Positions 10,459 to 19,100 of a stretch of DNA of 64,000 nt are shown here, one piece after another (the first letter of the stretch is position 1; each line of letters begins with the position of its first letter). The notes under the pieces were generated by a model, which saw nothing but the letters and a program-made list of their open reading frames with translations, made no database searches and was not told where the DNA came from. Source of the stretch: Dehalococcoidia bacterium (GTDB lineage Bacteria; Chloroflexota; Dehalococcoidia; Lucifugimonadales; UBA3495); assembly GCA_022825745.1 (NCBI GenBank), contig JAJDWF010000114.1:4515-68514 (forward strand), given 5' to 3'. A program made the position numbers and the translations under genes.

Positions 10459-11421
10459 ATGCGCACTTACCTCCTCCGCCGTCTGGCCCTGTTCGTCCCC
10501 ACCGCCTTCGGGGTGTCAGTCTTCATCTTTCTGATGCTCCACGTGATTCCCGGGGACTACGCCACCACGCTGCTGCTGGGAGGACGGGACCAGGCGCTGG
10601 TGGCCACGGAGGAAGACTTCGCCCGGGTCCGCAACCAGTTGGGGCTGGACAGGCCGTTGCACATCCAGTACGCAACGTGGGCGGCCAAATTAGCGCGCGG
10701 GGACTTGGGAATCTCGTGGATCAACCGCCAGCCGGTGCTGGAGCGGATGCTGCCGCGCATCGCGGTCAGCGCGCAACTGGGCGTAATGGCGGTGCTGATC
10801 GCTTCCATAATCGCCATACCGGGGGGCGTCATCGCGGCGGTGCGGCAGGACACTGTCATCGACTACGTGCTGCGGTTCGTCAGCATGATTTTCGAGTCGA
10901 TGCCCAACTTCTGGATTGGCCTGCTGCTGATAGTGGGCCTGCTGACGATTTTCGACTGGATACCGCCCATTTCATACGCCAACTTGTGGGAAGACCCGTG
11001 GGACAACCTGATGATACTGATCTTCCCAGCAATGGTGGTGGGCGCGCGTAGCTCGGCGGGCATGCTGCGGATGACCCGTTCGTCCGTCCTGGAGGCGCTG
11101 CGGGAGGACTACGTGCGGACTGCCGAGGCCAAGGGCCTGTACCGCAGCCGCATCCTGTTCATTCATGTGTTGCGCAACGCACTGCTGCCGGTGGTTACGC
11201 TGGCCGGCTTTGAAGTCGTGTTCCTGATGGGCGGCCAGGTGGTGGTTGAGCAGGTGTTCAACATTCCCGGCCTGGGCAACCTTTTCATCCAGGCGGTGGG
11301 AGCCCGAGATTTCCCGGTGATACAGGCGATAGTAATGTTCATTGCCGGCGTGGTGCTGGTGGCGAACCTGGTGGTGGACTTGATGTACGCCTGGCTCGAC
11401 CCGCGAATACGGTACACGTAG
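10459..11421 (+). CDS. ABC transporter permease (DppB/OppB-like)
   Basis: MRTYLLRRLALFVPTAFGVSVFIFLMLHVIPGD..; EAA-like loop EDYVRTAEAKGL. Confidence 0.85.
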   Translation: MRTYLLRRLALFVPTAFGVSVFIFLMLHVIPGDYATTLLLGGRDQALVATEEDFARVRNQLGLDRPLHIQYATWAAKLARGDLGISWINRQPVLERMLPRIAVSAQLGVMAVLIASIIAIPGGVIAAVRQDTVIDYVLRFVSMIFESMPNFWIGLLLIVGLLTIFDWIPPISYANLWEDPWDNLMILIFPAMVVGARSSAGMLRMTRSSVLEALREDYVRTAEAKGLYRSRILFIHVLRNALLPVVTLAGFEVVFLMGGQVVVEQVFNIPGLGNLFIQAVGARDFPVIQAIVMFIAGVVLVANLVVDLMYAWLDPRIRYT

Positions 11422-11430
11422 GGGCATGAC

Positions 11431-12342
11431 ATGACGCTGCCCAACATAGCAAGCCAACGGGGCGAATCTGACGGCCAGGCGCTGACCCGGCGCCGGCTGT
11501 CCTTCACCCGTCTCACCCTGCTCTACCTGCGTTCCAAGCCCCTGGGGACGGCCGGCCTGCTGATGGTGCTGGTCGTGGCCGTGGTGGCTATTTTCGCGGC
11601 GGTGATCGCGCCCTTTGACTACCAGGCGCAGAACTACGAAGCGGTGCGCACCTCGCCCAACACGACCTTCCTGTTCGGCACGGACCAGTTCGGACGCGAC
11701 GTATTCTCACGGGTGGTGTACGGGGCGCGCATTTCCCTGATTGTCGGGTTGTTTTCGGTGCTGGCCGGCACGGGAGTGGGCGCGGTGATCGGGCTGTTTT
11801 CGGGCTACTTCATGGGCAAGACGGACGCGGTGATCCAGCGGCTGGTTGACATGTGGATGTCGCTGCCCGACCTGATCTTGGCGCTGGTTTTCGTGGCGGC
11901 GCTGGGCAACTCAATACCCAACATCATCCTGGCCATTGGGGCTACGATTCTGCCCCGGGGCGTGCGGGTCATCCGCTCCTCGACTATCTCGCTGCGGGAA
12001 ACCGACTACGTGATGGCAGCGCGGGCCATCGGGTCTTCGGACCTGCGCATCATCCTGCGGCACATCGCGCCCAACACCATGGCGCCGTTCCTGATCATCA
12101 TGTCCTCGATGTTCGGCACCGCCATTCTGACCGAGGCCGGGCTGAGCTTCCTGGGGCTGGGCATCGCTGAGCCGACGCCGTCGTGGGGCCGGATGCTCAC
12201 GGGCCAGGCGGCGCAGTACCTTTCAACGGCGCCGTGGATCCTGATCTTCCCCGGGCTGGCCATCAGCGTGACCGTGCTGGGGTTCGCCTTCGCCGGCGAC
12301 GCCCTGCGGGACATACTTGACCCCAGGCAGCGCGGACGCTAA
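11431..12342 (+). CDS. ABC transporter permease (DppC/OppC-like)
   Basis: GTDQFGRDVFSRVVYGARISL, DYVMAARAIGSS. Confidence 0.85.
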   Translation: MTLPNIASQRGESDGQALTRRRLSFTRLTLLYLRSKPLGTAGLLMVLVVAVVAIFAAVIAPFDYQAQNYEAVRTSPNTTFLFGTDQFGRDVFSRVVYGARISLIVGLFSVLAGTGVGAVIGLFSGYFMGKTDAVIQRLVDMWMSLPDLILALVFVAALGNSIPNIILAIGATILPRGVRVIRSSTISLRETDYVMAARAIGSSDLRIILRHIAPNTMAPFLIIMSSMFGTAILTEAGLSFLGLGIAEPTPSWGRMLTGQAAQYLSTAPWILIFPGLAISVTVLGFAFAGDALRDILDPRQRGR

Positions 12343-12410
12343 TCTCACCGCCCCAAATCCTGAACACGACCGGGGTTCCGGGATGTCCCGGAATACCGCT
12401 GGAGGGAATC

Positions 12411-13367
12411 GTGCGCAGTATCGACATCCATGCCCACCTGACGCCGCAGTGCTTTTTGCAAGCCATGGCCGCCGGACAGTCCTGGCACGGCGTAAATCCC
12501 GGCGACATGTTCGTCGCGCCCCGCAACGTCTGGACGCCGCAGCAGCGCATCGACGACATGAACTCGCTGGGGGTTGACGTGCAGGTGGTTTCCACGGGCG
12601 CGGCCTTCTACTTCTACGACCGGGACCCGCAGGTCATTTCGGAGATGCACCGGGAGTGCAACGAGGAAGTCCACCAGATGACCATGGACTACCCCGAGCG
12701 GTTCAAGGGTTTCGCTCAAATCCCGATGCAGGACGTGAACACGGCCATCGCCGAGCTGGAGTACGCAGTAACGCAACTGGGCCTGGTGGGGGCGATGATT
12801 AACGACACCGCCAACGGGCTGCCCTACGACGACCCGTCGCTGCTCCCGCTGTGGCGGGCCGCCGAGCAGATGGGCGCGATACTGTTCATCCACCAGCAGG
12901 GCGGCGACACGCTGGTTACGCCGCGCTCCAACCGCTACCACCTGCCCAACACCATCGGCAACCTGGTTGACCGGGCCGTTACCTTCGCGTCGTTCGTGTT
13001 CGGCGGCGTGATGGACAAGTGCCCCGACCTGAAAATCTGCCTGGCCCACGCCGGCGGGTACACTTGCTTCGGCGTCGGGCGCATGGACCGGGGCTGGCAG
13101 GTGCGCTCCGAGGCGCGGGTGAACATCCAGCAGCCGCCCAGCACCTACCTGAACCGCTTTTACTACGACTGCCTGACCCACAGCGAGGCGGCGCTGCGCA
13201 TGGTGATTGACACCGTGGGCATCGACCGGGTGGTATTCGGCACCGACTGGCCGGCGGACATGGCCATCGACCAGCCGGTTTCCTGGGTGCTGGGTTTGGA
13301 AAGCCTGACCCAGGACGAGAAGGATGCCATCCTGTGGAAGAACCTCGAGAAGCTGCTGAACATCTAA
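12411..13367 (+). CDS. Amidohydrolase-2 family protein (ACMSD-like metal-dependent decarboxylase/hydrolase), copy 1
   Basis: MRSIDIHAHLTPQ.., FGTDWPAD; GTG start after GGAGGG. Confidence 0.8.
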   Translation: MRSIDIHAHLTPQCFLQAMAAGQSWHGVNPGDMFVAPRNVWTPQQRIDDMNSLGVDVQVVSTGAAFYFYDRDPQVISEMHRECNEEVHQMTMDYPERFKGFAQIPMQDVNTAIAELEYAVTQLGLVGAMINDTANGLPYDDPSLLPLWRAAEQMGAILFIHQQGGDTLVTPRSNRYHLPNTIGNLVDRAVTFASFVFGGVMDKCPDLKICLAHAGGYTCFGVGRMDRGWQVRSEARVNIQQPPSTYLNRFYYDCLTHSEAALRMVIDTVGIDRVVFGTDWPADMAIDQPVSWVLGLESLTQDEKDAILWKNLEKLLNI

Positions 13368-13375
13368 CGGCCTCC

Positions 13376-13402
13376 GGATTCCCGCTTTCGCGGGAATGAC
13401 GG
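13376..13402. repeat. REP-like hairpin element ggattcccgctttcgcgggaatgacgg (family 2)
   Basis: 8-bp stem attcccgc/gcgggaat with tttc loop (13378-13397). A second copy lies at 37580-37606. Confidence 0.55.
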
Positions 13403-13442
13403 TGCAAATCGGATACAGCCTAATCACGGAGAGGCGCACAAT

Positions 13443-14399
13443 ATGCGAGCCATTGACATTCACGCCCATTCCACGCCCCAGTGCTTCCAGCGCGAGGTAC
13501 TGCAGGGCCGCTCCTGGCACGGCATGACCGCCGCCGAGGGCGAGTTGTTCAACCCGCGCAACGCCTGGACTCCCGAGCAACGCATCGCCGACATGGACTC
13601 CATCGGCGTGGACGTGCAGGTGGTGTCCACCAACGTGGCCTTCTACAAGTACGACCAGGACGTGGACACCACCGTCGCCATCGCCACCGACTGCAACGAT
13701 GAAGTGCACCAGATGACGCTGGACTACCCGGAGCGGCTGGCCGGCCTGGCCACGCTGCCGATGCAGGACGTGAGGGCGGCCATCGCGGAACTGGAGCGCG
13801 CCGTTACTACCCTGGGATTCAAGGGCGCGATGATCAACGACCACGTGAATGGCCGCACCTATGATGACCCGGCGTTTCTGCCCTTCTGGCGGGCGGCGGA
13901 GCAGATGGGCGCCGTGCTGCTGATCCACCAGGCCAATCCGACCATGGTGGCGCCGCGCATCGACCGCTACCACCTGCCCAACACCATCGGCAACCTGGCG
14001 GAGCGCGCCGTCACTTTCGCCTCTTTCGTGTTCGGCGGCGTCATGGACCAGTGTCCCGACCTGAAAGTATGCCTGGCCCACGGCGGCGGCTACACCTGCT
14101 TCGGAGCGGGCCGCATGGACCGGGGCTGGCTGGTGCGCCGGGAGGCGAGGGTCAACATCACGCAGCCGCCCAGCGAGTACCTGGACCGCTTCTACTACGA
14201 CTGCCTGACCCACAGCGAGCCGGCGCTGCGGATGCTGATTGACACGGTGGGCATCGACCGGGTGGTGCTGGGCACGGACTGGCCGGCGGACATGATGATC
14301 GACTGGCCGGTGGGGTGGGTGATGGGCCTGCCGTCGCTGACGCAGGATGAGAAAGAAGCGATCCTGTGGAAGAACCTGGAGAAGCTGTTGGGGCTTTAG
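13443..14399 (+). CDS. Amidohydrolase-2 family protein (ACMSD-like), copy 2 (tandem paralog)
   Basis: Collinear with copy 1 over all 318 aa (roughly two thirds identical by eye): MRAIDIHAHSTPQ.., LGTDWPAD. Confidence 0.8.
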   Translation: MRAIDIHAHSTPQCFQREVLQGRSWHGMTAAEGELFNPRNAWTPEQRIADMDSIGVDVQVVSTNVAFYKYDQDVDTTVAIATDCNDEVHQMTLDYPERLAGLATLPMQDVRAAIAELERAVTTLGFKGAMINDHVNGRTYDDPAFLPFWRAAEQMGAVLLIHQANPTMVAPRIDRYHLPNTIGNLAERAVTFASFVFGGVMDQCPDLKVCLAHGGGYTCFGAGRMDRGWLVRREARVNITQPPSEYLDRFYYDCLTHSEPALRMLIDTVGIDRVVLGTDWPADMMIDWPVGWVMGLPSLTQDEKEAILWKNLEKLLGL

Positions 14400-14547
14400 G
14401 CTGGTGGCGTTTCCTTCCGGCAATACGCCATACCTCGCATCATGAGGTCGCCTGTGACAGAGTCAAAGCTGAAGTTGATGGAATCCCGATGCCGGACAAC
14501 AAAAGGATTTTGCTCTAGCTGGATGTCTTGGATGGTCCGGTAGCGGT

Positions 14548-14790
14548 CTAGTGACTGCCATCCGTTTGGGTCCGCTCTTTGAGGGATTCCAAGGCGCGAT
14601 AGGCGAAACACCATTTGAGTACCTCGGCAGTTTCCGGTATTTCGCCCCATTCGATGAGCGCGGCCATTCGCTCGCTGGGCATTTCGTAGCGCTGTTCGTA
14701 GTCGGCGATTTCGGCTTGCAACTCCGCCATCATTTCAGCGCGGGAAACTCTGCGTACGGGAATGCCAGTGGTAGTTTCGGTGGTGGTCAT
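14548..14790 (-). CDS. Small hypothetical protein, antitoxin-like (80 aa)
   Basis: ATG at 14790 is preceded by GGAGGT. The helical acidic sequence EMMAELQAEIADYEQRYEMPSERMAALIEWGEIPETAEVLKW resembles small TA antitoxin-type proteins. No family firmly recognised. Confidence 0.4.
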   Translation of the reverse strand: MTTTETTTGIPVRRVSRAEMMAELQAEIADYEQRYEMPSERMAALIEWGEIPETAEVLKWCFAYRALESLKERTQTDGSH

Positions 14791-14904
14791 TGGGACCTCC
14801 ATTGAAAGAAGAGGAACTATCTGGGTAACGTGCTCGATTGTAGCAGACATCGTCCCTGTTCAGATGACCAGGCTCGCACTGCCGGCGGCGGAGTTGGGAA
14901 AGGG

Positions 14905-15290
14905 TCATGGGATTGCATCTGGGTTGATTGTCTAAATCGGGATTTACGGGATTTCAGGATTGGCAGGATTGGGTAGTGTGGTGGCGATTTTTGGAAATCC
15001 CGCTCATTTCCGCTCACTTCCGTTTATTTGAGTAGGGCGCTGGTGCGGGATGTGAGGGTAAATGGGGGCGGATTGGGCCGGTTTTGGAGGTGATGAAGGT
15101 GGTTTTGGCGGGCCGGTGAGAGGATTTGGGGGAGCGGCGTTTGGTGTTGGGCATTGGACGGCTCTGGGGTTGAGCGCTGGGTTGGATGTAAGTGGTTGGG
15201 TAGTTAAATGGTACGGATGGGTTGCGGGTTAAGGCAAGGGGGAAGTGTCACTGGGCAGCGTTCCCTAAAGGATGGTGATTATGGTGTGTG
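14905..15290. repeat. Non-coding, strongly G/T-rich (C-poor) tract with same-orientation GGATT(T/G)G repeats, including four tandem 9-mers
   Basis: Four tandem 9-mers: 14938-14973 cgggattta/cgggatttc/aggattggc/aggattggg. Further GGATT copies at about 14909, 15070 and 15121. A 10-bp tandem (c)cgctcattt/ccgctcactt lies at 15000-15020. Stops in all frames beyond 15017. Confidence 0.6.
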
Positions 15291-15304
15291 CCCGCCACAC
15301 GCGA

Positions 15305-15313
15305 TGGTATAAT
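15305..15313 (+). promoter_or_regulatory. Extended -10 promoter element (TGgTATAAT) for the TIR-like gene
   Basis: tggtataat at 15305-15313, 55 nt upstream of ATG 15369. The inverted repeat gtgtg-cccgc-cacac (15286-15300) sits where a -35 would be. Confidence 0.4.
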
Positions 15314-15368
15314 CAGAACGGGCTTGCGGGTTGCCGCAGGGTACGAATTAGCCACCGAGGTTTGCACG

Positions 15369-16199
15369 ATGATGAAGCCGACTAAAGCGCAAGCGAAAGA
15401 CCGTATTCAGCGGACATTGGATACGATACCAGCATTGATGTCAATGTCCTATTCTTCCCAAGAATTCACAAAATGGCACCGAACCGCGGAAATAGCCATA
15501 CAGAATACTTTCGGAGAAAACTCACAACATATCGAAACATTCAAAGAAATCCGATACACCCCAAGGTCGTTCATTATTGGAGCACCCGATCACCAAGTCC
15601 AAGCAGCATATAGACAATCCTATGTGTCTGGCCTAAAACGTGTCGAGGCCATCCTAGAATCGATGATTGAAGAAATTGAGGAGTATTGGCAGGACGACGT
15701 TCAACCGCAAACTACGAACGGGCAAGCGAGCGTGGACGAACCGATTGCCGCAAACCGAGTGTTCGTCGTTCACGGGCGGGATGAAGCAGCTACTCAAACG
15801 ATGGCGAGGTACATTGAAGGTCTGGGGCTGGAGCACGTCATATTACGAGAACAGCCCAGCGAAGGCCGCACGGTAATCGAGAAGTTTGAGGAATATGCTC
15901 AAGTGGGGTTCGCAGTTGTGCTGTGTACACCGGACGACGTGGGCGCACTTGAGAATGAACAAGACAACCTGAAACCGCGTCCGCGCCAGAACGTGGTTTT
16001 CGAGTGGGGATTCTTTCTGGGGAAGATCGGTCGCAACCGAGTGTGCGCTCTGTTCAAGGAAGGTGTCGAAATACCGTCGGACTACGCCGGCGTTATCTAC
16101 ATACAGATGGACGATTTCGGCGGCTGGCGGATGGAGTTGGCCAAAGAGTTGAAAGCGGCAGGGATGCAGGTTGACATGGACCGCCTTTTATCAACCTAA
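15369..16199 (+). CDS. TIR-like domain protein of the CAP12/PycTIR (COG4271, predicted nucleotide-binding TIR-like) family with an unassigned helical N-terminal domain
   Basis: The C-terminal half RVFVVHGRDEAATQTMARYIEGLGLEHVILREQPSEGRTVIEKFEEYAQVGFAVVLCTPDDVG..RPRQNVVFEWGFFLGKIGRNRVCALFKEGVEIPSDYAGVIYI matches my recollection of the family signature (vFivHG..LheqpnqGrTiiEK..FAvvLlTPDD..RaRQNVifElGyf.GkLGr.rV..l...v.iPSD..Gv.Y). ATG at 15369 follows a GAGG SD. The gene is visibly AT-richer than its flanks. Confidence 0.75.
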   Translation: MMKPTKAQAKDRIQRTLDTIPALMSMSYSSQEFTKWHRTAEIAIQNTFGENSQHIETFKEIRYTPRSFIIGAPDHQVQAAYRQSYVSGLKRVEAILESMIEEIEEYWQDDVQPQTTNGQASVDEPIAANRVFVVHGRDEAATQTMARYIEGLGLEHVILREQPSEGRTVIEKFEEYAQVGFAVVLCTPDDVGALENEQDNLKPRPRQNVVFEWGFFLGKIGRNRVCALFKEGVEIPSDYAGVIYIQMDDFGGWRMELAKELKAAGMQVDMDRLLST

Positions 16200-16217
16200 C
16201 CCCTACTAACCCACCCC

Positions 16218-19100
16218 CTACAACCGGCGGTTGGTTATTACCGGCTCGGAGGCGAGGAGGCGGCGCAGGCCGTCGAGGTTGGGCAGGTGCAGGATTTCGG
16301 AGAGGCCGTTGTCGAGGCGGCGGCGGGTGGGGCAGTCGGTCATGGCGGGCAGGCGCTGGAATTCGTCATCGGCTATGTGGTCGAAGAGCTGGGACAGGGC
16401 TTGCAGTTGTTCGAGGGTGATGGCGCGCACGTCCAGCGTGGGCAGCTGTTCCAGGTCGGCTTTTTTCATGCCTACCCAACTGCCTTCCGTGCTGGTGCGC
16501 TGCGCCACGATGGTCAGCAGGCCCAAACTGGAATTTAGCCATACGGCCAACGCTTTCTCGTGGGAAATCTCGTCAATCTTGATGGGCCACCACACGTTGG
16601 ACAGCACCCTGGTGTCGGTTCGCATCGCGATTACTCTGGTGGTATTCAGCCGCAATCGTTCGGCGACAAGCAGCCGGCCGGCTTGACGCCATAAGTGTTC
16701 GCCATAGCCCGGACGCTGTCCGCCTTTGGGAGTGACCAACGGAGATAGATAGGCATCCGGAGCGCAAACTAAAGACTTATGCTGTTCGGTATCGTGTCCT
16801 TCCACCATTGGATAGGCGGTCTGAACGGTAGTCCGCTCGAACCCATCGACTAACCGCCTCCGATCAGGGCCGATTTCGCCGAGTTCGGTTAATGGGCAGA
16901 GGGGGATTTGGCCGACGGTTGACTCGCCGGGAACCCACACCTCGCCGTCGTCGAGCAGGCGCAATGCGGCGCGAGTCAAGTCGGCGCGGGCGAACTGCAC
17001 GCCGGCCCATTTCTTGCCAACGAGCCTGGATTCGGGGATGGATACCAGTTCGCCGACGTGCCGGCCGTCCACTTCCACCAGGGCGGCGCCGGTGTTTTCA
17101 ATGTTGGCCGGCGTGGTGTCGGCGATGGCTTGAGCGGCGCGGTGGGCGTCCAGCACGCCGGCGGGGTTTTGCCACAGGCTGACGAAAGTGGTGCGATGTT
17201 CCTCACCGTCGTCGTTGCCGTTGGCGGGACGGCGGCGGGTGGCAATCAGCAGGGCTTCGGACAAGTCGGTGCTGTCGGAAAAGTTCCAGCGCGTCGGGTC
17301 GTGGGAGACGATGACTATGTCCAGGGTAAAGTCGCGTTCGATGAGGGAACGGGTCTGCTGCCAGGAGGGGCCGGTGCAGACGGTGGCCGGCAGAACCAGG
17401 GCCAGGCGTCCCTCGCCGGGGCGCAGCTTGGGAGACGCAGCGGCCACGAAAGCAGCGCCGAGGCCGGCGGTTGCCGTCGCCTGCCGCGACCTGAGGCGTC
17501 GGGAAAGTTCGTCTTGCAGCCGGCGGCGGTCGGCGGCGGGCAGGCTGCCGAACAGCAGGTTGCCGCCCACGGAGCGGGTGAAGGGCGGATTCATAATCGC
17601 CAGGTCCAGGTCGGGCAGCGTGGCGAGTTCTTGCTGTTCCGCGCCCTTGGAGCCGCCGCCATAGACCCGGCCGGCATCGCGAATCGTGCGGCCGCTGACG
17701 CCCATGCCGGCCGGGGACAGCGCGAACTGGACCGCCGCCTGCGATTCCCCCAGGAAGTCCAGTGAGCCCAGGGATACGTCGTCGCCGTCGGCCCCCAGGG
17801 GCATCACGTAGAGGTTGATGCGGTCAAACTGGATCTCGGGGTTCAGCATCGCCAGACTGGTGGCGGCGAAATGCACGGCGGAGAGTTGAACGTCGTAACC
17901 GTGCAGGGCTTGTTCCACCATCGCTTTGTGCAGGGCCGGAGCGTTCTGACCGCCGGCCTCGGTGTGGCGGCGTTCCGCTTCGGCGGCCACGGCCATCAGC
18001 AGGGTACCGGTGCCGCAGGCAATGTCGGCGACGTTGAGAGACGCGGGAAACTCGTGGTGGCTCCAGTCAACTCCCTGCGGCCAGTCGTGGAACACCAGCC
18101 GCGTGAGCAGCGTCGCCGCCGGGACGGAGGTGTAATAGGCGCCAGTGAATTTGGCGTCGGTGAGCAGCGTGTGGAAGAGCCGGCCCGACAGGTCGTGTCC
18201 CGCCAGGTGGCTGGTGTCTTCCACCGCCTTGAGGATTGGCTCCATCACCGGGCCGTGCCAGAGGTGTGGCAGGTCGGCATAGTCCAGGATGGTCAGCATT
18301 CTTTTGGCAAGGTCGAACACCGGCACGTAGTCGATGGTTTCGCAGATGTGATCCCAAACCTTCAGCAGCCCGGGCACACCGCCATCCCGCCAGGTTTCGG
18401 CAACGGTGGGTACAGCGTCATTGGTGGACGCGAGGCGCAAATGGAAGGCCAGGGCGTTGAATATGACCAGGCAGCCGATGCGCAGGGCCTTGGCGCGGTC
18501 AGTTTCCCGGTCGGTCTGGGCGATGGCCTCCCTGACCAGGCGGGCCAGCCGGGCATAGGTGGCGAGTTTGGCCGCCGATTGCTCGACGGCGTGCTCGATG
18601 ACGGCGGCGGCGGCGACCACGCGGTCGGTGCCCTCCAGTTCCAGCGGCAACACGCGCAAGTGGTCGGCGATCTCGGCGGGAGAGCCGAACCGGGAGCGTA
18701 ATTCGTCAACCGGTTCGCCCCGGGAACCGTGCAGCCACCATTCAAGGTCGCCGGCGTGTTCAAGCCCCTCGCGGGTATCCTCCAGGTATTTCAACCCCTC
18801 CGGGTAAAGGACGCCGATAACGCCCAGCGCGTCAGGGAACTGCTGCAATCGAGTGTCCAGCTGGCTTTCCAACTGGCCGACGGAATCCTCCCACTTGCAT
18901 TCCAGCAGCACGGTGTCCCCGGTCTTCAGCGTGATGCGAACGTCGGGAGTCGTGTTGCGGTTGCGCCGTTCGGCGCGGGCGGGTATGCCCTGGTCCCGGA
19001 GCAGTTGGGCGAGGAACGTGTTGACCGCTTCCTCGCGGATGACTTCCCGGCCTCCGTTGCCGGGTAGAGTGGCGTTGCGGTTTCGTCGTGGTCGAGGCAT
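16218..19100 (-). CDS. Single-chain type IIG-like restriction-modification enzyme: N-terminal PD-(D/E)xK nuclease-like domain + gamma-class N6-adenine DNA methyltransferase + C-terminal TRD-like region
   Basis: TPDVRITLKTGDTVLLECKWE (PD-x13-ExK); YYTSVP (motif X-like); VADIACGTGTLLMA (motif I); LAIMNPPFTRS (motif IV, NPPF). The C-terminal 300 aa end in a TRD-like LNSSLGLL..LEQLPTLD pattern. Confidence 0.7.
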   Translation of the reverse strand: MPRPRRNRNATLPGNGGREVIREEAVNTFLAQLLRDQGIPARAERRNRNTTPDVRITLKTGDTVLLECKWEDSVGQLESQLDTRLQQFPDALGVIGVLYPEGLKYLEDTREGLEHAGDLEWWLHGSRGEPVDELRSRFGSPAEIADHLRVLPLELEGTDRVVAAAAVIEHAVEQSAAKLATYARLARLVREAIAQTDRETDRAKALRIGCLVIFNALAFHLRLASTNDAVPTVAETWRDGGVPGLLKVWDHICETIDYVPVFDLAKRMLTILDYADLPHLWHGPVMEPILKAVEDTSHLAGHDLSGRLFHTLLTDAKFTGAYYTSVPAATLLTRLVFHDWPQGVDWSHHEFPASLNVADIACGTGTLLMAVAAEAERRHTEAGGQNAPALHKAMVEQALHGYDVQLSAVHFAATSLAMLNPEIQFDRINLYVMPLGADGDDVSLGSLDFLGESQAAVQFALSPAGMGVSGRTIRDAGRVYGGGSKGAEQQELATLPDLDLAIMNPPFTRSVGGNLLFGSLPAADRRRLQDELSRRLRSRQATATAGLGAAFVAAASPKLRPGEGRLALVLPATVCTGPSWQQTRSLIERDFTLDIVIVSHDPTRWNFSDSTDLSEALLIATRRRPANGNDDGEEHRTTFVSLWQNPAGVLDAHRAAQAIADTTPANIENTGAALVEVDGRHVGELVSIPESRLVGKKWAGVQFARADLTRAALRLLDDGEVWVPGESTVGQIPLCPLTELGEIGPDRRRLVDGFERTTVQTAYPMVEGHDTEQHKSLVCAPDAYLSPLVTPKGGQRPGYGEHLWRQAGRLLVAERLRLNTTRVIAMRTDTRVLSNVWWPIKIDEISHEKALAVWLNSSLGLLTIVAQRTSTEGSWVGMKKADLEQLPTLDVRAITLEQLQALSQLFDHIADDEFQRLPAMTDCPTRRRLDNGLSEILHLPNLDGLRRLLASEPVITNRRL

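Noticed and set aside
12345-14423. 692-aa minus-strand ORF spanning both amidohydrolase genes and the intergenic hairpin
   Set aside because: It runs antisense to two well-supported genes and straight through a REP-like hairpin (translated as ..VIPAKAGIRRP..). This is a composition artefact.
14396-14650. 84-aa minus-strand ORF overlapping the antitoxin-like gene; considered as its toxin partner
   Set aside because: Most of it overlaps the 80-aa gene in another frame. The non-overlapping 50 codons have no start codon or SD and no convincing toxin motif. It is kept only as a possible remnant.
14817-15017. 66-aa ORF inside the G/T-skewed tract
   Set aside because: Its Pro/Ser/Gln-rich translation is a by-product of the C/A-rich minus strand. 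It has no SD and is closed in by stops.
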